Below, piece by piece: positions 56,982 through 64,000 of a stretch of 64,000 nucleotides of DNA. The notes below the pieces were generated by a model. That model made no database searches. It saw nothing but the letters and a program-made list of their open reading frames with translations, and was not told the origin of the DNA. Location of the stretch: the NCBI GenBank assembly GCA_021821055.1, contig JAKACX010000005.1, forward strand, positions 14,695 through 78,694, written 5' to 3'. The stretch's first letter is position 1, and each line of letters begins with the position of its first letter. Made by a program: the position numbers and the translations under genes. The DNA comes from Bacillota bacterium. GTDB lineage: Bacteria > Bacillota > Bacilli > Alicyclobacillales > SLC66.

Positions 56982-58157
56982 GTGCGTGTGGCGGTGAGGC
57001 TTGGAATTGACACGCTGATGGACGGTCGCCAGGATCTGCTGCGCGGCAGACGGGTGGGCGTCGTCTCGAATTACGCCATGGCGGACTCGGCCCTTGAGCC
57101 TGTGATCGATGTGCTGACGCGGTGCCCCGCGTGGCGCGTGGAGAAACTCTTCGGACCGGAACACGGCGTCACGAACAGCGCGCGCGAGGGAGAGCACGTC
57201 GTCTCCGGAAGGGACGGGCACACGGGACTCCCGGTGTACAGTCTCTATGGGGAGAACAGGCGTCCGACCGTTGACATGGTTTCGGACCTGGATGCGCTCG
57301 TCATTGATCTGTTGGATATTGGATGCCGATACTACACGAATATGAACACGGTTGCGAATTGCATGGAGGTCTGCGCGGACGCCGGGATCTCCTGTGTTGT
57401 CCTGGATCGCCCGAATCCTCTCGGGGGAGCGGCGCGCGAGGGGAATATCCTGCGCGAGGAGTATCGGTCGTTCGTGGGCGGACACGCCATTTTGGTGCGC
57501 CACGGGCTGACCATGGGTGAATTGGCCCGGCTGTTTGCGCGCGGGATACCGGACAGCGACCTGACTGTCGTGCCGCTGCAGGGCTGGCGGCGCGACATGC
57601 TGCACCCGGACACAGGACTGCCGTTTGTTCCGCCGTCGCCCAATACCACGGGCTTTTCGATGGTCTTTCTCTATCCCGGCACATGCCTCTTTGAAGGCAC
57701 GAACGTCAGCGTGGGCCGGGGAACGACGCACCCGTTCGAGGTCATCGGCGCGCCGTTTGTGGACGGGCACCGGCTCGCCGCGTGGTTCAATGAAAGGCGT
57801 CTGCCGGGCGTGCTTGCCAGACCGGTCTACTTTGTTCCACACTACTCACTGTACAGCGGCGAACCCTGTCAGGGAGTGCAGTTGCACGTGACCGATCCCG
57901 CGGGCGTCGAGGCGATGCGTCCCGGGCTGACGCTCTTGCAGGGCGTGGCCGAACTGTACCCGGCGCAGTTGGAATTTCCGGGCGAGAGTGAGGGCAAACG
58001 CCCGTTCTTTGACCTGCTGGCCGGGACGGACGAACTGCGTCGCCTGGTGCGGGAGGGGAGGGCGCTCGAATTCCTACTCGCGCGGGAGGACGTCGATCGG
58101 TTTGCCGCGCACGTGCAGGATATTCTGTTGTATCCCGATGAGGGTGGTGTTCAATAA
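56982..58157 (+). CDS. DUF1343 protein (NamZ/YbbC-like exo-beta-N-acetylmuramidase family)
   Basis: VGVVSNYAM...LFGPEHG...PVYSLYGENRRPT...LVIDLLDIGCRYYT...VVLDRPNPLGG. Confidence 0.75.
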   Translation: MRVAVRLGIDTLMDGRQDLLRGRRVGVVSNYAMADSALEPVIDVLTRCPAWRVEKLFGPEHGVTNSAREGEHVVSGRDGHTGLPVYSLYGENRRPTVDMVSDLDALVIDLLDIGCRYYTNMNTVANCMEVCADAGISCVVLDRPNPLGGAAREGNILREEYRSFVGGHAILVRHGLTMGELARLFARGIPDSDLTVVPLQGWRRDMLHPDTGLPFVPPSPNTTGFSMVFLYPGTCLFEGTNVSVGRGTTHPFEVIGAPFVDGHRLAAWFNERRLPGVLARPVYFVPHYSLYSGEPCQGVQLHVTDPAGVEAMRPGLTLLQGVAELYPAQLEFPGESEGKRPFFDLLAGTDELRRLVREGRALEFLLAREDVDRFAAHVQDILLYPDEGGVQ

Positions 58158-59827
58158 TGGATGGACTCGAGCGGCTGGCCGGCGCCGTGCTGGCAGCGGG
58201 GTTTCCCGGGCGCACGGTCGACGCCCATGCGCGACGCCTGATCGAAGGATTGCACGTGCAAAACATCGTCCTGTTCGCGCGCAATATTGACTCGTACGGC
58301 CAACTGGGCAGGCTGTGTTCGGACCTTCAGGCGTTGGCGCGAGAGTGCGGCCAGACGCTGCCGCTGCTGATAGCGGCCGACCAGGAAAACGGGGCGGTCG
58401 GACGCTTCGGGCCGGACGTGCCGGCCCTGCCCGGCGCCATGGCCCTCGGTGCGACGGGCGACCCGGAACACGCGCGGCGCGCGGGGGAAGTCACGGGCCG
58501 CCTGCTTCTCGGCGCCGGTGTGAACATGAATCTGGCCCCCGTGCTGGACGTGAACAACAACCCCAGGAACCCGGTCATCGGCATCCGGTCGTTTGGCGAC
58601 GACGCGGAATCGGTCGGACGGTTTGGCGCCGCGTTCGCGCTGGGCTTGCAGTCGGCGGGCGTCGCGGCGTGCGGCAAGCACTTCCCCGGGCACGGGGACA
58701 CTCGGACCGACTCGCACCTTGATCTGCCCGTCATCGGGCATGGCCTGGAGCGCCTGGAGCAGGTGGAGTGGGTCCCGTTCCAGCGCGCCGTGGCGGCGGG
58801 AATCGACTGCGTCATGACGGCGCACGTGGTGTTCCCTGCGCTGGAACCTGGCGGACTGCCCGCCACCCTGTCGCCTGCGGTGATCACTGGACTGCTGCGG
58901 GGGCGGTTTGGCTTCGAGGGCGTTGTCGTCACCGACTGCATGGAGATGAAGGCGGTCGCGGACACGGTGGGCGTGGCCGCGGGTGTGGTGCAGGCCCTGG
59001 CCGCGGGCGCGGACCTCGTCCTGGTGTCGCACACGCTCGAGGAACAAAGCGCGGCGCACGCTGCCGTCGTCGAGGCGGTGCGGTCGGGACGCTTGCCGCG
59101 GTCCCGGCTTGAGGAAGCGGCCGGCCGGGTGGCGGCGCTCAAGCGCAAGCGGCTGCGGCAGGATCAGGACGCGCCGCTGGCCGCCGCGAAGGGTCCGGGG
59201 CAGGGCGGCGCGCCTCGGGCGGCCGTGCACAGTCGCGCCGGCGACGCTGTCGACGAACTGTTCGCGGACGCGCGGGAGACGCAGGAGCGGATCGCACAAG
59301 CGGCCGTGACGGTCGTCGGTGACGAGCGCAGGCTCCTGCCGCTGCTCCGGCCCGGTGTCAAGCGCGCGCTGCTGATTGTCGCGCGTTCCGGCGCGGTCTT
59401 GCAGGTCTCCGGGACGTCCGAGGCGGGCGGGAGGATCGCGGAAGTGTGGCGCAAGCGGTCGCCGCACGTCTCGACGGTGGTGCGTGAATACGGGGGCGGC
59501 ATGCTGTTTGGACCGTCCGCCGCGGAACTGGACGCGGCAGACGCAATTCTGCTGTGTGTGGCGGGCTGGCCGAGCGCCGAGTTTGCCGCCTGGGCGCGCG
59601 GGCTGGTGGGCAGCGGCCGAAACGTCGTGGCGGTGGCTCTGCGCAGTCCGTACGACCTCGCTGCCCTGCCGCAAGGCGCCACGCGCCTCGCACTTTATGA
59701 AGACAGCGAGCCGATGGTGCGCGCCGCGGTGGCGGTGCTCGCGGGGCAAGCCACGGCGATCGGACGGCTGCCGGTTTCCGTCGCGCCGCAGTCATCGCGC
59801 CAGACGTCGGGAGGGATCGGCCATTGA
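58157..59827 (+). CDS. nagZ: Beta-N-acetylhexosaminidase, glycoside hydrolase family 3 (NagZ/YbbD-like)
   Basis: ADQENG, GVNMNLAPVLDV, KHFPGHGDTRTDSH, VVTDCMEM; two-domain GH3. Confidence 0.85.
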   Translation: MDGLERLAGAVLAAGFPGRTVDAHARRLIEGLHVQNIVLFARNIDSYGQLGRLCSDLQALARECGQTLPLLIAADQENGAVGRFGPDVPALPGAMALGATGDPEHARRAGEVTGRLLLGAGVNMNLAPVLDVNNNPRNPVIGIRSFGDDAESVGRFGAAFALGLQSAGVAACGKHFPGHGDTRTDSHLDLPVIGHGLERLEQVEWVPFQRAVAAGIDCVMTAHVVFPALEPGGLPATLSPAVITGLLRGRFGFEGVVVTDCMEMKAVADTVGVAAGVVQALAAGADLVLVSHTLEEQSAAHAAVVEAVRSGRLPRSRLEEAAGRVAALKRKRLRQDQDAPLAAAKGPGQGGAPRAAVHSRAGDAVDELFADARETQERIAQAAVTVVGDERRLLPLLRPGVKRALLIVARSGAVLQVSGTSEAGGRIAEVWRKRSPHVSTVVREYGGGMLFGPSAAELDAADAILLCVAGWPSAEFAAWARGLVGSGRNVVAVALRSPYDLAALPQGATRLALYEDSEPMVRAAVAVLAGQATAIGRLPVSVAPQSSRQTSGGIGH

Positions 59828-60786
59828 CACTGTACGCAGGCATTGACGGAGGTGGATCGCGCACCAGGGTAATCCTGCTTGACCCGACGACCGGAGCGAT
59901 CGCCAGGGCTGAGGCGGGCGCAAGCAATCCGAACAGTGTCGGGGCCGCGGCCGCCGTGGAACACGTGATGACCGCCATGTCGCACGCGCTGGCGAGTCTG
60001 GGGAAGCCGCGCAGCGAGGTGCGGGCGATCGTCGCGGCACTGGCGGGCGTCGGGCGCCCGGAGACGGCCGGCGCGGTCCGAGACCTGCTGTCGCGCCACC
60101 TGCCGACCGCGTCGGTGGAGGTCATTCCGGATGCGCTGGCGGCGCTGGCCGGCGGTTCGGGTGCTGAGCCTGGGAGTGTGCTGGTGGTCGGCACCGGTTC
60201 TGTGGCACTTGCCGAAGGGCGCGGGCGCCGCATCGTGCGTGCCGGGGGCTATGGCTACCTGATCGGCGACGAAGGCAGCGGTTTTGCGATCGGTCGTCAC
60301 GGGTTTCGGGCGGTGATGCAGGCGTATGACGGACGCGGACCCGAGACGGCGTTGACGGAGGCGGCCTGCCGCAGGCTGGGCTGTGGGACGGCCATCGACA
60401 TCGTGGAACGCATCTACGGCGCGGAGCACCCGGTCGGCGCCGTGGCGGCGTTCGCCGCGTCGGTCGTGAGGCTGCGCCACGAAGACGGAGTCGCGGCGGA
60501 CATCGTGCGCGGCGCACAGGCTGCGCATGTGCGGCTTGTCGATTCCGTCCGCCGGCAGCTCGGGGGTGACGCGACGCCCACGGTGGTGGTGACAGGCGGC
60601 TTGTACGAGGGGGATCCAACTCTCTTGGCCGACCTTGCGGCATCTCTGCCGGAGTGCTCCTGTCGGCTGCCGGATCAAAGCGCGGTGGAGGGGGCGGCGT
60701 TACTCGCCATGCGGGCGGAGCGTCAGGCACTGTCGGCGGCGGACGTCGCACGGTGGCGGGAGATCGTGGGAGGCGAGGGGCAATGA
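59824..60786 (+). CDS. BadF/BadG/BcrA/BcrD-type ATPase (N-acetylglucosamine kinase family)
   Basis: TTG after GGGAGGGA; YAGIDGGGSRTRV, VVGTGSVA, GGYGYLIGDEGSG, TGGLY ASKHA motifs. Confidence 0.7.
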   Translation: MTLYAGIDGGGSRTRVILLDPTTGAIARAEAGASNPNSVGAAAAVEHVMTAMSHALASLGKPRSEVRAIVAALAGVGRPETAGAVRDLLSRHLPTASVEVIPDALAALAGGSGAEPGSVLVVGTGSVALAEGRGRRIVRAGGYGYLIGDEGSGFAIGRHGFRAVMQAYDGRGPETALTEAACRRLGCGTAIDIVERIYGAEHPVGAVAAFAASVVRLRHEDGVAADIVRGAQAAHVRLVDSVRRQLGGDATPTVVVTGGLYEGDPTLLADLAASLPECSCRLPDQSAVEGAALLAMRAERQALSAADVARWREIVGGEGQ

Positions 60787-61913
60787 AGTGGATTGAGGGG
60801 AATCGCAGCGCGCCGCACGGGATGGCGGCGGCGGTGCGCATAGGGATCGAAGGCGGCAGGATTGCCCAGGTCGTCCCTTACGCGACGGCGTCCGCCGACC
60901 TGCCCGTATTGAGCCCGGGATTTGTGGACGTCCACGTTCACGGCGGGGGCGGGGCAGATACAATGGATGCAAGTGAGGCCGCCTTCGCGCGCATCTGCGA
61001 GACGCACGCCCGCTTTGGCACCACGTCGCTGCTCCTGACGACGGTCACAGACACGCCGGCGCAGGTGGACGCCGTCTTGCGCGCTGCGGGCGACTTCATC
61101 GCACACGGTCCGGCGGGAGCGCGCGCGATCGGCGTTCACCTCGAAGGGCCGTTTTTGAATCCGGCGAAGGCGGGCGCGCAGCGGAGCGATCTCATGACGG
61201 ACGCGGACCCGGCGCTGGCGGCGGGGTGGTTCGCGACGGGTGTGGTGCGGATGATCACCATGGCTCCGGAGCGCGGCGGCGCACACGAGGTGGCCCGCAT
61301 GGCGCGGGCGCGGGGCATTCTTGTCTCGGCCGGGCACACGGATGCGTCCGCGGTCGATATGCAAGGCGCGGCGCGCGCCGGCTTCTCGCACGTCACCCAC
61401 CTGTGCAACGCCATGCGCCCCTTGCTGCACCGCGACATCGGACCGATCGGGCACGTCGTGGCCGACAGCGCGTTTACTGGCGACCTGATCTGCGACGGCA
61501 TTCATCTTGACCCGACGATGGTCAAGACACTGGTCCGCGCCATTGGCCACGAGCGGCTGATGTTGATCACGGACGCAATCCGCGCGGCCGCGGTCGGGGA
61601 GGGTGAATACGACCTCGGAGGGCTGCGCGTGACGGTCCGGGACGGTGCGTGCCGTTTGGCGAACGGCACCCTGGCGGGGAGCGTGCTCACGATGAATCGG
61701 GCGTGGCGCCTGTTGCAGGAGTTTGCGGACGTCCCGCGCTCTCTGGCGGACGCCATGGCGGCGACCAACCCGGCCAAACGGATCGGCCTTGCGAACAAGG
61801 GGCGGATCGAGGTGGGTTATGACGCGGACATCACGGCGCTTGACGCGGACGCGGATGTGCTCTGGACGATGGTCGGGGGGCATGTGGTATATGAGAAAGG
61901 CGGAGTGTCGTGA
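60783..61913 (+). CDS. nagA: N-acetylglucosamine-6-phosphate deacetylase
   Basis: ATGA overlap with kinase; GFVDVHVHGGGG, GVHLEGPFLNP, SAGHTDA, THLCNAM, ITDA. Confidence 0.9.
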   Translation: MKWIEGNRSAPHGMAAAVRIGIEGGRIAQVVPYATASADLPVLSPGFVDVHVHGGGGADTMDASEAAFARICETHARFGTTSLLLTTVTDTPAQVDAVLRAAGDFIAHGPAGARAIGVHLEGPFLNPAKAGAQRSDLMTDADPALAAGWFATGVVRMITMAPERGGAHEVARMARARGILVSAGHTDASAVDMQGAARAGFSHVTHLCNAMRPLLHRDIGPIGHVVADSAFTGDLICDGIHLDPTMVKTLVRAIGHERLMLITDAIRAAAVGEGEYDLGGLRVTVRDGACRLANGTLAGSVLTMNRAWRLLQEFADVPRSLADAMAATNPAKRIGLANKGRIEVGYDADITALDADADVLWTMVGGHVVYEKGGVS

Positions 61914-62665
61914 AGATCAGGATTTTCGCCAACCCGCACGACGCGGGAATTTACGCCGCCGCCCTGGCGGAGGTGGTCGTGGCGGCCAAGAGCCGGCCCG
62001 TCCTGGGACTGGCGACAGGCGCGACGCCGACTGTCTTCTACGACGCGCTTGTCAACCTGCACCGCTGCGGCCTGGACATGTCCCCGGTCGTGACCGTCAA
62101 CCTCGACGAGTACATCGGCCTGCCGACCGACCACGGACAGAGCTATCACGCATTCATGCAGGCGCACCTGTTTTCGCGCACCAACCTCGCACCCGAGAAT
62201 ACGCACGTTCCCAACGGAATGGCGGCAGATCTGGCGGCGGAGTGCGCCCGCTACGACGACGTGATCCGGCGCAACCCGATCGACCTGCAGGTGCTGGGCA
62301 TTGGCGTCAACGGTCACATTGGGTTCAATGAGCCTGACGACCTGCTGCTGTCCCGTACGCATGTCGTGCAGTTGCGCCAGGAGACGGTGGCGGCCAACGC
62401 GCGTTTCTTCCCGCGCATGGAGGATGTGCCGAGGCGCGCGATCACCATGGGCGTGCAGGCGATCCTTCAGGCCGAGCGCATCATTCTTATGGCGTTCGGC
62501 GAGGAGAAGGCGGAGATTGTCGCGCGCGCGGTGCTCGGGGACGTGCGGACGGATGTGCCGGCCAGCATCCTGCAGTTGCACCGCGACGTCACGGTCGTGC
62601 TCGACCTGCAGAGCGCGCGGTTGTTGCCGGAGGGCAAGGCCGGGTCTGCGCGTGAGGGATATTGA
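61910..62665 (+). CDS. nagB: Glucosamine-6-phosphate deaminase
   Basis: LGLATGATP, NLDEY, LGIGVNGHIGFNEP, SILQLH; GTGA overlap with nagA. Confidence 0.9.
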   Translation: MKIRIFANPHDAGIYAAALAEVVVAAKSRPVLGLATGATPTVFYDALVNLHRCGLDMSPVVTVNLDEYIGLPTDHGQSYHAFMQAHLFSRTNLAPENTHVPNGMAADLAAECARYDDVIRRNPIDLQVLGIGVNGHIGFNEPDDLLLSRTHVVQLRQETVAANARFFPRMEDVPRRAITMGVQAILQAERIILMAFGEEKAEIVARAVLGDVRTDVPASILQLHRDVTVVLDLQSARLLPEGKAGSAREGY

Positions 62666-62669
62666 ACAA

Positions 62670-62700
62670 TTGACACGGCCTGACGGCCATCTGTTACAAT
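62670..62700 (+). promoter_or_regulatory. Possible sigma-A promoter of miaB
   Basis: TTGACA (62670-62675), 19 nt, TGtTACAAT (hexamer 62695-62700); spacer is long. Confidence 0.4.
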
Positions 62701-62767
62701 GGAAGCACATACCGCAGCACAAAATATTGATCTGCCGGGAACTTCGGTTGGAAAGGGCACCCAATAG

Positions 62768-64000
62768 ATGGATAATCGCCTTGCTGATGTGGATCTCAGC
62801 CTGCAGGTGCACCGGCCGTCGATCGCGCGGCAGGACGCGTTTACGCAGGCTGTTTCGATGCGGCCGGAACTGGTCGGCGCATACGCCGGGAAGCGTTATC
62901 TGTTGCGCACCTACGGCTGTCAGATGAACGAACACGACACGGAGATCATGTCCGGTCTGCTTGAACAAATGGGATATGCGACGACACAGGATGAGCGTGA
63001 GGCCGACATCATCCTGTTCAATACGTGCGCCGTCCGCGAGAACGCGGAGAACAAGGTCTTCGGCGAGATCGGCCGGATGAGGCCTCTCAAGCAGTTGAAC
63101 CCGGAATTGCTGATCGGCCTGTGCGGCTGCATGCCCCAGGAGAAGGCCGTGCAGCAGAAGGTGCAAAAGACCTATCCGTGGATCGACCTCGTGTTTGGCA
63201 CGCACAACCTGCACCGCCTTCCGGAACTCGTGGAACAGGCGCGCGCCGCGCAGGAGACGGTGCTTGAAGTGTGGGACCAGGCTCGCGTGATGGTCGACGA
63301 ACTGCCCAAGGCGCGCAAGGACGGGTTGCGCGCATGGGTGAACATCCAGTACGGGTGCAACAAGTTCTGCACGTACTGCATTGTGCCGTACACGCGCGGC
63401 AGGGAGCGCAGCCGGACGCTGGCAAGCGTCGTCGAGGAGGTCCGATTGCTTGGACAGCAGGGCTTTCGCGAGATCACGCTGCTTGGGCAAAACGTCAACG
63501 ACTACGGCCTCGACCGCGAGGATGCGGACTTTGCGGACCTGCTGCGCGCCGTCGGGGAGGTGGACGGAGTCGAGCGCGTCCGCTTCACGACGTCCAACCC
63601 GTGGAACTTCACGGACCGCCTGATCGCCGCGATTGCCGAGACCGAGACGGTCTGCGAGCACATCCACCTGCCCGTCCAGTCGGGCAGCAACACGATCCTG
63701 CGCAGCATGAACCGCGGCTACACGCGCGAGTATTATCTGAAGCTGGTCGAGCGCATCCGCGCCGCCGTTCCGGGTGTGGCATTGACGACCGACGTCATCG
63801 TGGGCTTCCCGGGAGAAACGGACGCCCACTTTGCCGACACCCTGGAACTGGTGCGCTACGTCCGGTACGACGGCGCGTACACATTCATCTATTCGGAACG
63901 GGAGGGGACGCCCGCCGCGCGGCTGGCGGACGCTGTCCCGCCGGACGTGAAGAAGTCGCGCCTCAGCCGGCTGATGGACGTGCAAAACGCGATTTCCCGG
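62768..64000 (+). CDS. miaB: tRNA-2-methylthio-N6-dimethylallyladenosine synthase, 5' part (runs off the window)
   Basis: Not in ORF track (no stop in window). Hand translation MDNRLADV...KRYLLRTYGCQMNEHDTE...LFNTCAVRENAE...GCMPQE...IQYGCNKFCTYCIVPYTRGRERS (UPF0004 and radical-SAM CxxxCxxC). Confidence 0.9.
   Translation, partial: MDNRLADVDLSLQVHRPSIARQDAFTQAVSMRPELVGAYAGKRYLLRTYGCQMNEHDTEIMSGLLEQMGYATTQDEREADIILFNTCAVRENAENKVFGEIGRMRPLKQLNPELLIGLCGCMPQEKAVQQKVQKTYPWIDLVFGTHNLHRLPELVEQARAAQETVLEVWDQARVMVDELPKARKDGLRAWVNIQYGCNKFCTYCIVPYTRGRERSRTLASVVEEVRLLGQQGFREITLLGQNVNDYGLDREDADFADLLRAVGEVDGVERVRFTTSNPWNFTDRLIAAIAETETVCEHIHLPVQSGSNTILRSMNRGYTREYYLKLVERIRAAVPGVALTTDVIVGFPGETDAHFADTLELVRYVRYDGAYTFIYSEREGTPAARLADAVPPDVKKSRLSRLMDVQNAISR

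Noticed and set aside
61817-63985. 722-aa minus-strand ORF
   Set aside because: It lies antisense to nagB and miaB, both of which have strong motifs. It has an Arg-rich low-complexity translation and no SD or plausible start context.

Overview
This is a visibly GC-rich chromosomal segment from an endospore-forming Firmicute. All calls below rest on motif recognition, synteny and reading the sequence by eye; no database search was possible.

Gene order is almost colinear with the Bacillus subtilis mre-min-spoIVF-obg / comG / yqh-yqi / spo0A region:
- radC' (partial), mreBCD, a class B PBP, minCD, spoIVFA/FB
- rplU, prp, rpmA, obg
- a NUDIX + JAB gene pair
- comGA-GG, aroK
- asnB translationally coupled to a DnaI/DnaC-like ATPase gene
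- yqhG and yqhH (SNF2 helicase) on the minus strand
- tandem glycine riboswitch, gcvT-PA-PB
- aroQ, pepP, efp
- spoIIIAA-AH, accBC
- asp23, amaP, a DUF2273-like gene, nusB
- a TsaD/Kae1 paralogue, a YumC-type ferredoxin-NADP reductase, folD
- xseAB, ispA, dxs, tlyA, a hypothetical membrane protein
- nadK, argR, recN, spoIVB, spo0A
- a divergent NagR-like regulator and a namZ-nagZ-nagK-nagA-nagB amino-sugar recycling operon, then miaB' (partial)

No rRNA or tRNA genes, CRISPR array, transposase or recognisable multi-gene defence island is present.

The unexplained signal is mostly non-coding:
1. A roughly 120-bp MITE-like repeat family has GGGGAACTGTGA terminal inverted repeats. It occurs at six loci, and three copies start exactly on a TAG stop codon.
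2. A second composite dispersed repeat family has three copies, one carrying an 18-bp x8 tandem expansion. These copies bracket yqhG and precede the spoIIIA operon.
3. An orphan gap of about 0.85 kb has a lower-GC core and a small ORF with a perfect Shine-Dalgarno sequence.
4. A 36-codon hydrophobic ORF lies between efp and spoIIIAA.

The less ordinary gene pairings are NUDIX-JAB, asnB-dnaI-like and nusB-tsaD-like. The many long minus-strand ORFs in the track are antisense artefacts of the high G+C content.
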